NCBI RefSeq assembly: GCF_056712565.1
Contig: NZ_CM160072.1
Direction: 5' to 3' (one strand)
Length of the DNA stretch: 64,000 nt
This document shows, piece by piece, positions 52,501 to 64,000 of this stretch; positions within the stretch are counted from its first letter, which is position 1; the number at the start of each line of letters is the position of its first letter. The notes under the pieces were generated by a model. The model was given only the letters and a program-made list of their open reading frames with translations, was not told where the DNA came from and searched no databases. The position numbers and the translations under genes were made by a program.

Positions 52501-54722
52501 AGCGTTGGTTCCCCCGGCGGCAACGGTTCAGCCGGGGTCGCGCCCGGAGCAGGCAGCACCTGATAAGTCTGCACTGGCGCGCGAACGCCCGCCAGGTCGA
52601 AATGTTTTTTCACCTGGCTGTCGAGGGCAAAGCGTACCGTCCACTGTTTGAGTGGCAGCGTGGTGAACGAAACACGCAGTGTAAACGCGGTATTGCTTAA
52701 GCCGACAATCCCGGCAAAATTCGGTTCACCAATAATCAGCCCGCGAATTTCTTCGTTTTCCATTAATTCCGCTACCGCATCTTTCAGTGCCTGATTGGCT
52801 TTATCAGCATCTTCATGGCGATCAACATCGTAGTTTGCCACTACCGAACCAATACCGCGGACGAAGTTAGCAAAGGTGGTTATCGAAGACCACGGAATGA
52901 TGTGATACGCCCCGGTATCCTGGCGCACGCCCACGGAGCGAATCGACATCCGTTCCACAGTGCCGGTCAACGGCCCGATAGTCACCAAATCTCCAGTGTT
53001 CATGCCGTTTTCAAACTGAATAAATACTCCGGTAATAATATCTTTCACCAGCGTTTGCGAACCAAACGAGATAGCCAGACCTAATGCCCCGGCACCTGCC
53101 AGCAATGGCGCGATATTGACGCCGATTTCCGACAACACAATCATGATGGTGATGGTACTGATAATCACCGCCAGCGCGTTACGGAACAGCGTCAGCAGGG
53201 TTCGCGTACGGGCGCTGGGTAGCGGGCGGCCATGAATATCCGAAGCCAGCCGGTTTTCTATCAAACTGGCGAGCACCGTCCAGCCAACCGCCGAGAAGAA
53301 AAGAATGAGTGCGATACGGATCAGGATATCTACGGTTTTCTGCCCCGCGCCGTTTTGCAGCCAGTTCCAGAAATCGAACAATCCCCATGCGCTCAACAGC
53401 AGCATTACCGCCACGCAGACTGTCAGAATACGCGCTGTTTTCAGTGCCGCCGAAAGCCAGCCATTCAGCCGTTTTTGCAGCTCCGGATAATTTCGCTGAG
53501 TATGTGGCGAGAGGGTGATGGTTTTCGCCAACCAGCGGGAAAACATACCGGAAACAAATGCTGCGATACCAATAATCGCCAGGCTGCGCACCGTTGCACC
53601 CATCATAAATTTCAGGCTGTTGCCCGGATCGAACAACGAAAAGAAAAACAGCACGATAAAATAGGCGCTTGCCAGCCAGTGCCACACCAGCGCAAAGGCG
53701 CGGATAAACAGGCTGAAAAAGGCCAGCGAATGCTCCGCAAAATTGAGCAAATGCTGGGTGATCTCTTTTTTATTACGAAAAATCAGGTACAACGCCCAGA
53801 CGGTCATGCACAGCATAATGATGACGTTCGCCAGCGCACCTATCTGTACATTCACCTGATTAGAGATAATCGGCACAGCCACAATCAGACCATAGCCAAT
53901 CAGGCTGCTTAACCAGCTCAGGCGACGACTCCAGTAACGGGCGGTCTCGTCATGAATCGTGAACGGGCGCAGTTCAGCCACGTTTGGGCAAAAAATCAGG
54001 CGTAGTACGGCTTTGAAAAATTCAATCAGGGCAAAGGCGTTGAGAAACAAACTTTGTTGGAAAGCGATGGTGCGACTGCCCGCATTCAGGTTGTCGCTTA
54101 ATACCTGGCCGACAAATAATGTCAGTGCCAGTAACAGCAGGTCGATAATAAACGCCCCGATGATCATCGCCGGAAGCTGCAACCAGTTACTGCGCTCACG
54201 ATTTTTTTGCCGCGCCCACTGGCCCATTTTGCGATACAGCGGCAGTGCGCACAGACGAATCAGCCAGTAAAAACCAAACACTAATACCGCTAACATTGAA
54301 AAGTGGGTCAGCGCATTGCTGAAGGTTTGTGGATTAAACGGCTTATGCGGGGAGCCGGTGATATTGCGATAAAGTTGCCCGAAGCGGGCGGAAAGGGCTT
54401 CACCATAATGGCGGCTGACTTCGGTGACTTTTTGCAGCACGGTTTGCTCTTCAACCAACGTCGGCGGCACGATCTTCGGTACGGGTTCCGCAGGAGGCGT
54501 AGCGGCGACGGTGCGCAACTGGTCGATCAACTCTTTACGCGAGGTGTCATTATCCAGCACATCCGCCAGTGCGCCATAGGCCGCTTTTTTTTGTTCGATA
54601 TCCGGTTCCGGGGCCGGTTCAGTCGTTGAGTCCGTTGTCGTTGTGGTTGTAACGCCGGGTATGGATACCGCGTGGGCAGGTGCGCCCAACAGGCAGAAGA
54701 GGATGAACAGGATCCACCGCAT
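52497..54722 (-). CDS. ybiO: MscS-family mechanosensitive channel
   Basis: ORF 52497..54749; start placed at [18 protein letters not shown] (741 aa); signal peptide, multi-TM, C-terminal MscS domain. Confidence 0.88.
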
Positions 54723-54838
54723 GACTCCTCCAGTGAGAAAATAGAGCAAAAAGATAAGTATAGATGCTGGAGGCTGGGCGATTTTAAATGAGAGGAATCT
54801 GGTGTGCCTCCCTTTCGGGGGAAAGGGAGGCTGAGAAG

Positions 54839-55561
54839 TTAAGAGACGTGCTGCAAAAATTCCTGCAAGCGCTGGCTCGGTGGGTTCTTGATCAACACCT
54901 GCGGATCGCCATCTTCCGCAATCCGGCCTTTGTCGATAAAGATCAGGCGCGAAGCTACTTTCTCGGCAAAACCGATTTCGTGTGTCACGATCACCATCGT
55001 CATCCCTTCTTCAGCCAGATCCTGCATAACCTTCAGCACTTCATGGCGCAGTTCCGGGTCAAGAGCGGAAGTCGGTTCATCAAACAGCATCATTTTCGGC
55101 TTCACCGCCAGCGCGCGGGCAATCGCCACACGCTGCTGTTGACCACCAGAAAGTTCGGAAGGGTAGTGATGTGCACGTTCTGCCAGACCGACTTTCGCCA
55201 GGAGCTCACGCGCCAGTTTTTCCGCCTCTTCTTTATTCGCGCCACGCACGCGTAGCGGGCCAAACATGACGTTTTCCAGCGCCGTCAGATGCGGGAAGAG
55301 GTAAAACTGCTGGAACACCATACCCGCTTCCTGGCGAATCAGGCGCTCATCAACTTTCGGATCGTTAACCTTCAGGCCATCGACAATCAGATCGCCGGAG
55401 GTGATTTCTTCCAGTTTGTTGATGCAGCGCAGCAGGGTCGATTTACCGGAACCGGACGGCCCGATAATCACCACGACTTCGCCCTGAGCAATGTTCAAAT
55501 CGATATTGTGCAGCACCTGGGTTGGACCAAAATGCTTGGAGACGTTTTTAAATTCAATCAC
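54839..55561 (-). CDS. glnQ: Glutamine ABC transporter ATPase
   Basis: 240-aa ORF, Walker [18 protein letters not shown]. Confidence 0.95.
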
Positions 55562-56217
55562 AGGATTTTCATCCTTCTTTCCAGACGACGCAGAATAAAG
55601 CTCAGCACCAGGGTAATAATCAGATAGAACACCGCCACGGCGCTCCAGATCTCAAGGGCGCGGAAGTTACCGGCAATAATTTCTTGCCCCTGACGGGTCA
55701 GTTCCGCCACGCCGATAACAATAAACAGCGAAGTGTCTTTAATGCTGATGATCCACTGGTTACCCAGCGGCGGCAGCATACGACGCAGTGCCAGCGGTAA
55801 AATGACGTAGCGAATGGTTTCCCAACGTGAAAGACCGAGCGCCAGTCCTGCTTCACGAAAACCTTTGTGAATAGATAGCACCGCACCACGCGTGATTTCC
55901 GCAATGTACGCGCCGGAGTTGATCATGATGGTGACCACCGCCGCAGTAAACGGGTCGATGCGTAAATCGTTAAACGCCATCGGCAGGGCGAAATAGATAA
56001 ACATCACCTGGACGACGATAGGTGTGCCGCGGATCACTTCAATAAAGACCAGCGCGACGTGGTTGGCTATCCAACCACCGAAGGTGCGTGCAAAACCTGC
56101 CAACAATCCGATCACCAGACCGCCAGCCAGACCGAGGACCGAAATCCACAGGGTCATTTTGGCACCTTCAATCAGAAGCGGAATGGCAGGCCAGATGGCA
56201 CTCCAGTCAAACTGCAT
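55558..56217 (-). CDS. glnP: Glutamine ABC transporter permease
   Basis: 219-aa polytopic ORF. Confidence 0.95.
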
Positions 56218-56261
56218 ATGTTGTTCCTGTTACCGTGGTGTAAATAATCAAATTCAGGGTA

Positions 56262-56345
56262 ATTAATGGCCCCGGAGCGGGTTTGCGCCCTTCACCCTAA
56301 TCCTCTCCCCGGCGGGGAGAGGGAACTGCCAGTGCGCTTTACAGG
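56262..56345. repeat. Short GC-rich palindromic intergenic repeat
   Basis: cctctccccggcggggagagg hairpin with flanking caccctaat motif between glnP and glnH; resembles a recurrent enterobacterial intergenic element. Confidence 0.4.
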
Positions 56346-56355
56346 CGCCGCGTTA

Positions 56356-57117
<762 letters not shown>

Positions 57118-57153
57118 CTATCCACGGGACGATCCCCTGCGTGACATTCACAT

Positions 57154-57172
57154 ATATGAAAAAATCGTGCCA
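57154..57172 (-). promoter_or_regulatory. Sigma-54 promoter glnHp2 (-24/-12 elements)
   Basis: Minus strand reads TGGCACGattttTTCATAT: good -24 GG, degenerate -12 element; about 50 bp upstream of glnH. Confidence 0.6.
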
Positions 57173-57245
57173 GTTTTGCAACTCATTGATTTTTCGAGAT
57201 GCGGCAAGAACGTGATGCACGATTTATAGGGCAATATCCTGAAGA

Positions 57246-57274
57246 TGCACCATTCTGGGGCACCAAACTGGTGC
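57246..57274. promoter_or_regulatory. NtrC enhancer sites upstream of glnHp2
   Basis: Overlapping dyads tgcaccattctggggcacc and gcaccaaactggtgc (TGCACC-N-GGTGCA pattern). Confidence 0.6.
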
Positions 57275-57505
57275 GCTAAAATTGTGCACTCAACACAGTG
57301 ATTATTTAGCGTAAAACCTGATGAAAAAACAATCTTTATGTAACGATTGTGTGATGATGTGGATACAAAAAATTTACTTAACCAGCTGGGGATAGCAGAT
57401 GGATGCACTAAATAAGTGCGTTGAGGCGGGCTACAAAACAAAACGGCCTCCTGTCAGGAAGCCGCTTTTATCGTGTACTAAAGTTCTGCACCATCAGCGA
57501 TGGAT

Positions 57506-58153
<648 letters not shown>

Positions 58154-58307
58154 TTAGATATATTGATAAGAACAATTCTTATTTATTTGCTCGCTAGGAA
58201 TTTTCGGAATAAATATGCTTTTGCATAATTCGATATATAAAGACGGTGTAGAGGAAAAGTAGCGAGAAAATCTGCATGGTTATGCATAACCATGCAGAAA
58301 TGTAAAT

Positions 58308-59195
58308 TTAATTTATGTCTAATTCTTTTATTTTGCTCTCTTTGCGTACTGTCAGCGTAGAACCCATTGAAGCGGCGATGATAGCGCCGAGCGCCAGCAG
58401 CTGTATGGGTGTCAGTGTTTCTCCGAGGAAAATCATCCCGGAAACGGCAGCCAGCGCCGGTTCCATGCTCATTAGCGTACCAAATGTGCGTGTTGGCAAA
58501 CGGGTGAGGGCAATCATTTCCAGCGAATAAGGCAGAGCGGTCGAGAGAATAGCGACAGCCAGACCCAATGGAATAACCGACCAGTGCCAGAGTGCTTCAC
58601 CAGCCTGAAGCGCTCCAATTGGCACGAAAATTAACGCTGCAATCAACGAACCAATTGCCACCGTCGCAGGACCATGTTCCGCTCCAGCGCGTTGCCCACT
58701 TAAAATGTAAATAGCCCAACAAGCCCCGGCCCCCAGTGCCAGTGCACAGCCGGTTAAATCGACATGGGAAACGTCTTGCCCCAGCGGTAGCAGGAACCAT
58801 AGACCAAGAACCGCCAGCACAACCCAGACGAAATCTACCGGGCGACGAGAAGAGAACAGTGCCACCGCCAGTGGTCCGGTGAACTCCAGCGCCACCGCTA
58901 TACCCAGCGGTACCGTCTGAATAGAAAGATAAAAAAGATAATTCATTCCACCCAGCGAAACGCCGTAAAACAACAGCGGTAATCGTTGCTCTTTGGCAAA
59001 GCGCAGTCGCCATGGCTTAAAGAACGCGATGAGGATCAGCGTGCCTAATGCCAGACGCAGCGCAGTGACCCCCGGTGCGCCCACCAGAGGAAAAAGTGAC
59101 TTAGCTAACGAGGCTCCACCCTGAATAGACGCCATGGCAACGAGCAATATGACTATTGGTAACCAGACCGGCATTTTACGTAATGAACCAGGCAT
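58308..59195 (-). CDS. rhtA: Threonine/homoserine exporter (DMT superfamily)
   Basis: ORF 58308..59207; start placed at MPGSLRKMPVWLPIV (295 aa). Confidence 0.88.
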   Translation of the reverse strand: MPGSLRKMPVWLPIVILLVAMASIQGGASLAKSLFPLVGAPGVTALRLALGTLILIAFFKPWRLRFAKEQRLPLLFYGVSLGGMNYLFYLSIQTVPLGIAVALEFTGPLAVALFSSRRPVDFVWVVLAVLGLWFLLPLGQDVSHVDLTGCALALGAGACWAIYILSGQRAGAEHGPATVAIGSLIAALIFVPIGALQAGEALWHWSVIPLGLAVAILSTALPYSLEMIALTRLPTRTFGTLMSMEPALAAVSGMIFLGETLTPIQLLALGAIIAASMGSTLTVRKESKIKELDIN

Positions 59196-59547
59196 CCTTT
59201 CTCCCACAAATATCTAAACCTAAGTAAAGCGTGGAGTGTACTGGATATACCCAATGCTGGTTGAGCATTTGTTGAAAAAATTTTCCCCCGTTTTGACTAA
59301 AATGCGCCAGGATTGATGGAATCATTAGTCTGGTGATTAGGAATAATCTGGATGAATGACAGGGAAAACATGCGTAATACTTACGCAGTTCTCTGAAAAA
59401 GTGATTTAAATTTAGATGGATAGCGGTGTATGGAAACGTTCTGTTACATGAAATGGTCCGTTAGACATCATAAATCGCGAAGAGTTTCCCATTAATTTTT
59501 GATATATTTAAAACTTAGGACTTATTTGAATCACATTTGAGGTGGTT

Positions 59548-60063
59548 ATGAAAAAAATTGCATGTCTTTCAGCACTGGCCGCAGTTCTGGCTTTCACCGC
59601 AGGTACTTCCGTAGCTGCGACTTCTACTGTAACTGGCGGTTACGCACAGAGCGACGCTCAGGGCCAAATGAACAAAATGGGCGGTTTCAACCTGAAATAC
59701 CGCTATGAAGAAGACAACAGCCCGCTGGGTGTGATCGGTTCTTTCACTTACACCGAGAAAAGCCGTACTGCAAGCTCTGGTGACTACAACAAAAACCAGT
59801 ACTACGGCATCACTGCTGGTCCGGCTTACCGCATTAACGACTGGGCAAGCATCTACGGTGTAGTGGGTGTGGGTTATGGTAAATTCCAGACCACTGAATA
59901 CCCGACCTACAAACACGACACCAGCGACTACGGTTTCTCCTACGGTGCTGGTCTGCAGTTCAACCCGATGGAAAACGTTGCTCTGGACTTCTCTTACGAG
60001 CAGAGCCGTATTCGTAGCGTTGACGTAGGCACCTGGATTGCCGGTGTTGGTTACCGCTTCTAA
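59548..60063 (+). CDS. ompX: Outer membrane protein X
   Basis: ORF 59542..60063; start placed at MKKIACLSALAAVLAFTAGTSVA (171 aa); C-terminal aromatic residue. Confidence 0.95.
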   Translation: MKKIACLSALAAVLAFTAGTSVAATSTVTGGYAQSDAQGQMNKMGGFNLKYRYEEDNSPLGVIGSFTYTEKSRTASSGDYNKNQYYGITAGPAYRINDWASIYGVVGVGYGKFQTTEYPTYKHDTSDYGFSYGAGLQFNPMENVALDFSYEQSRIRSVDVGTWIAGVGYRF

Positions 60064-60080
60064 TCACTTCGGTGATATAA

Positions 60081-60110
60081 AAAATCCGCCTCTCGGGGCG
60101 GATTTTTTTG
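60081..60110. terminator. Bidirectional rho-independent terminator (ompX / opgE)
   Basis: aaaatccgcctctcggggcggattttttt hairpin with A and T runs on both sides. Confidence 0.8.
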
Positions 60111-60112
60111 TT

Positions 60113-61696
60113 TTAAGGTTTCGGGTCGAAAATATCGGTTCCGAGATGGTTGTAATCCACCTTCTGTAACTGGAAGTTGGTGATGTATATCGGCCCGGCT
60201 TTCTTCTCAGATATAAACGGGTATTTGATATTTATTTCCTTCGCTTTAATTCCCGTCCACTGCGAGAAAAAGCCTAAGAAGTCATTGGCCGAGCGGCGGG
60301 CTTTAATCACCCGATGCGCTTTATCGTCGCTGGAAATGACCATAAAAGGCACCTGGAAATTTTGCTGATACTTATCATCATGGGCAAGGTATTGCACGTC
60401 TTTGCCGCGCTCTTTAAAGGCCAGACCGTGGTCGGAAAAGTAAACCAGCGAGAAGCTGCTGCCGCTGTTGCGTAACTGATCGTACAGCTTGCGCAGTAAA
60501 TTGTCTGTTTGCGTCATGGTATAGAGATAGCACGACGTTTCTTTCGATTGCACAAAGGTTTCGTATTTTCCTTGTGTCCGGTCGCAGGCCTGCGGATGCG
60601 AGCCCATCAGATGTAGAACAATCAGCTGCGGTTGCGAGTGCTCTTGCGCCAGCACTTGAGCGGTCATATCCAGTAACGCTTCGTCTTTCGTGTTTTTATC
60701 TGCTTCAAAATTACCTTCTTTCAGGAAGTACACTTCATCTGCTCGTTTGGCGATGCTGGCGATGGCGGTATCGTATTCGCCGATTTGGCCCTGGTTGGAA
60801 AACCACCAGGTCTGGAAGCCCGCGCGATTTGCCAGGGTGACAAAGTTATCCTGAAACTGTGGTTTGCCATCGACAACGCGATTGAGCGTTAAGCCAAGCG
60901 ATTTCTGCGTGGAGCCACTGGCGGCAATGTAGTCAGCAAATATCAAACCGTTAACGCTGCTGGCAAACGGGGTATTGTCCCAGTGACCGCCAAAGGCACC
61001 GAGGGCATCGCGACGCGCGCTTTCTCCGATCACCACCACATAGGTCTGATACTTCGGCTTAACGGCAGTGACCGTCCAGGTATCTTTCATTCCGGAAAGT
61101 TTTGCCATCCGTTCTTGCTCTTCAATCACCTCGTTATTATTGACGATGACATCCTTAGCAAAACGAAATACCGGATAGCCAGTATCTTTCAGTTTAAATA
61201 CGCCGCCCCAGGCCAGGTTTTGCACGGGAGCAACAAAAAATGTCGCCACACTGAATACCAGGCACAGGCTGTCGAAGGTATTCCAGCGCGCTTTTTCACT
61301 CTCTTTTTTTCGCCTGATTGCTATTACGCCGAGCGCAAAAATAAATATGCCGACCAGGTAGCTGTACCACGGAAAAATCGTCAGGATTTCGGTCGACTCT
61401 TCCATATTGGTGGAGTGCAATGCCAGCAATGTATTGAAGTTAGGCGCGCCGTAGGCCTGAGCAAAAGGGAAATAACAAGCCGCCACCAGCGAACTGATAC
61501 CGACCAGAACTTTTTGTACGCGAGGCAATGTTCGCCATAGCAAAAGCAAAATAGCCGTAAACGCAGCGGTGTAGAGCAAACTGAAGGGGTAACCTAAGCC
61601 GAGGTTAATTAATAGCGACTGTAAAAAGTAGAACGCAGTCCACGGGCTAAATACCCGGCTACGGGTAACAAGCGATTCTTTGAGGGTTAAATTCAT
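60113..61696 (-). CDS. opgE: Phosphoethanolamine transferase for osmoregulated periplasmic glucans
   Basis: 527-aa ORF, N-terminal TM segments plus sulfatase-like domain. Confidence 0.88.
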   Translation of the reverse strand: MNLTLKESLVTRSRVFSPWTAFYFLQSLLINLGLGYPFSLLYTAAFTAILLLLWRTLPRVQKVLVGISSLVAACYFPFAQAYGAPNFNTLLALHSTNMEESTEILTIFPWYSYLVGIFIFALGVIAIRRKKESEKARWNTFDSLCLVFSVATFFVAPVQNLAWGGVFKLKDTGYPVFRFAKDVIVNNNEVIEEQERMAKLSGMKDTWTVTAVKPKYQTYVVVIGESARRDALGAFGGHWDNTPFASSVNGLIFADYIAASGSTQKSLGLTLNRVVDGKPQFQDNFVTLANRAGFQTWWFSNQGQIGEYDTAIASIAKRADEVYFLKEGNFEADKNTKDEALLDMTAQVLAQEHSQPQLIVLHLMGSHPQACDRTQGKYETFVQSKETSCYLYTMTQTDNLLRKLYDQLRNSGSSFSLVYFSDHGLAFKERGKDVQYLAHDDKYQQNFQVPFMVISSDDKAHRVIKARRSANDFLGFFSQWTGIKAKEINIKYPFISEKKAGPIYITNFQLQKVDYNHLGTDIFDPKP

Positions 61697-61967
61697 ATGC
61701 CACTATCGTAACAAACGCCATGTGCTTACCCTGGCGTCAAGGGTCAATACCTGCAAGAGTGCGTGAAGAGGGGAAAGGGGTCCGCATCCGCGAGCCGCAA
61801 TATACGCAGGGCTGCAAGAAGATAGAGCGAGCTGCTGTTCAGGTCAACTACCGACGAACAAATCTTTTGCGAAGGGGATTGCAAATCCGACAAAAAGTGG
61901 GGTTTTTCAGACCAAAACGCGTTGTGCCTGCATAAAAGCAGGAGTGAAGCGGCGTACCGCGACGCCG

Positions 61968-62096
61968 CTATTTATCGGAAGGTTTATCCTGCTGCGGTTT
62001 GTTGTTGACCATATCGCACAACATAGAGAGCAGCATTAACCGTACTTTAAAGGGAGAATGACTAAACACGCGCATACACCTCTTGAACTCATTCAT
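61968..62096 (-). CDS. mntS: Small protein MntS (42 aa)
   Basis: Short ORF missed by the track: MNEFKRCMRVFSHSPFKVRLMLLSMLCDMVNNKPQQDKPSDK; followed by GC hairpin terminator. Confidence 0.8.
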   Translation of the reverse strand: MNEFKRCMRVFSHSPFKVRLMLLSMLCDMVNNKPQQDKPSDK

Positions 62097-62154
62097 AAGA
62101 CCTCCTGACTTGCTAATCCCATCGATCCTTGAGGGATGATTGCATTACATACAG

Positions 62155-62186
62155 ATATAGCACAGGCTATATTATATAGCTATTGC
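62155..62186. promoter_or_regulatory. Putative MntR operator in mntS promoter
   Basis: AT-rich dyads atatagcacaggctatat and atatagctat upstream of mntS. Confidence 0.4.
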
Positions 62187-62281
62187 TAAAACGTTAATTT
62201 TTTGTACCTTCGCAACTCTGGTTTACAATGTGCGCACGAAATGAGAACGCTATGTATGCGTCACCATAATGAGGAAGCACA

Positions 62282-62749
62282 ATGAGTCGTCGCGCAGGTA
62301 CGCCAACAGCAAAAAAAGTGACGCAGTTAGTGAACGTGGAAGAGCACGTTGAAGGGTTCCGCCAGGTCAGAGAGGCGCATCGGCGCGAGCTGATTGATGA
62401 TTACGTTGAGCTGATTTCTGACTTGATCAGGGAAGTGGGGGAAGCTCGTCAGGTGGACATGGCTGCTCGTCTGGGGGTTTCGCAACCGACGGTGGCTAAA
62501 ATGCTTAAGCGACTGGCAACCATGGGGCTGATTGAAATGATCCCCTGGCGTGGCGTGTTTTTAACGGCAGAAGGAGAGAAGCTGGCGCAGGAAAGCCGCG
62601 AGCGACATCAGATAGTCGAAAATTTCTTGTTGGTGTTGGGCGTCAGTCCGGAAATCGCCCGTCGCGACGCGGAAGGTATGGAGCACCATGTTAGTGAAGA
62701 GACGCTGGATGCCTTTCGTTTGTTTACCCAGAAACACGGTGCCAAATGA
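62282..62749 (+). CDS. mntR: Manganese-responsive regulator MntR (DtxR family)
   Basis: 155-aa ORF with DtxR-type HTH. Confidence 0.93.
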
Positions 62750-63864
62750 GCCTGCCTTTTTTACGCACGCTGCAAGGCGATCGTTTTTTTCAGTTATTAA
62801 TTCTTGTTGGCATCGGATTAAGTTTTTTCGTTCCCTTTGCACCGAAATCCTGGCCTGCTGCTATCGACTGGCACACCATCATCACCTTAAGCGGCCTGAT
62901 GCTGCTGACCAAAGGTGTCGAGTTAAGCGGTTATTTTGATGTGCTGGGGCGCAAAATGGTGCGCCGTTTTGCTACGGAGCGTCGGCTGGCGATGTTTATG
63001 GTACTGGCGGCAGCGCTGCTTTCTACCTTTCTGACCAACGATGTCGCACTGTTTATAGTTGTTCCGCTGACTATCACGCTAAAAAGACTGTGTGAGATTC
63101 CGGTTAATCGGCTGATTATTTTTGAGGCGCTGGCAGTCAACGCTGGTTCGCTACTGACGCCAATTGGCAACCCGCAAAATATTCTTATCTGGGGACGTTC
63201 TGGTCTTTCGTTTGCCGGATTTATTGCCCAAATGGCACCGCTGGCTGGCGCAATGATGCTGACACTCCTGCTGTTGTGCTGGTGTTGTTTCCCTGGAAAG
63301 GCGCTGCAATACCATACGGGGGTGCAAACGCCGGAGTGGAAACCGCGGCTGGTGTGGAGTTGTCTGGGGCTGTATATCGTCTTTCTGACGGCGCTGGAGT
63401 TAAAACAAGAGCTGTGGGGACTGGTGATTGTGGCGGCGGGCTTTGCGCTGCTGGCGCGTCGTGTGGTGCTCAGTGTGGACTGGACGCTGCTGCTGGTGTT
63501 TATGGCGATGTTTATCGACGTCCATTTACTAACCCAACTGCCAGTTTTGCAGGGGGTGTTAAGTAACGTGAGTCATTTATCCGAACCCGGATTATGGTTA
63601 ACGGCGATCGGTTTATCGCAGGTGATCAGTAACGTGCCGAGTACCATTTTGCTGCTCAATTATGTGCCACCGTCTTTATTACTGGCATGGGCGGTAAACG
63701 TGGGGGGCTTTGGTTTATTACCCGGATCGCTGGCAAATTTGATTGCGTTACGGATGGCGAACGATCGCCGTATCTGGTGGCGTTTTCATCTTTATTCGAT
63801 ACCGATGCTGTTGTGGGCGGCGCTGGTGGGATATGTTTTGTTGGTTATGATCCCGGCGGGATAA
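62746..63864 (+). CDS. ybiR: ArsB/NhaD-superfamily membrane transporter
   Basis: 372-aa polytopic ORF overlapping mntR stop. Confidence 0.88.
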
Positions 63865-63878
63865 GGTCTGTCAAATTA

Positions 63879-63910
63879 AAAAGGCGGATTATGAGTCCGC
63901 CTTTGCTTTA
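63879..63910. terminator. Bidirectional terminator between ybiR and ldtB
   Basis: aaggcggattatgagtccgcctt hairpin flanked by A and T runs. Confidence 0.75.
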
Positions 63911-63921
63911 CGTTTTGAAGA

Positions 63922-64000
63922 TTAATTCAGACGAACCGGCATCCCGGAACGATTTTTGATCGCTTCATCCAGAACAACCTGGTCAACATCTGGCTGACCG
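63922..64000 (-). CDS. ldtB: L,D-transpeptidase, C-terminal end (gene runs off window end)
   Basis: Reverse frame reads ...GQPDVDQVVLDEAIKNRSGMPVRLN then TAA; call rests on K-12 synteny; partial. Confidence 0.6.
   Translation of the reverse strand, partial: GQPDVDQVVLDEAIKNRSGMPVRLN

Overview
This window reads as Escherichia coli / Shigella-type core chromosome, the gal-mod-bio-uvrB-moa-ybh-ybi-gln-dps-ompX-mntR stretch, with gene order and protein lengths matching E. coli K-12 from memory; no database search was possible. It holds about 60 protein genes, REP/ERIC repeats, an unoccupied phage lambda attB core and several recognisable operators. No rRNA, tRNA, CRISPR array or prophage was found. 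I did not find a novel multi-gene system. The notable content is four strain-specific inactivating lesions in otherwise conserved genes: (1) an intact 1426-bp IS4 with 18-bp terminal inverted repeats and a 13-bp target duplication inserted in the siderophore receptor gene fiu; (2) an in-frame TAG in the transporter gene ybhI; (3) an in-frame TAG in the membrane protein gene ybhN; (4) a 5'-truncated ybiA abutting the dinG promoter. Start codons were adjusted where the ORF track over-extends the N-terminus. All comparisons to K-12 rest on recalled protein lengths and sequences and need alignment to confirm.
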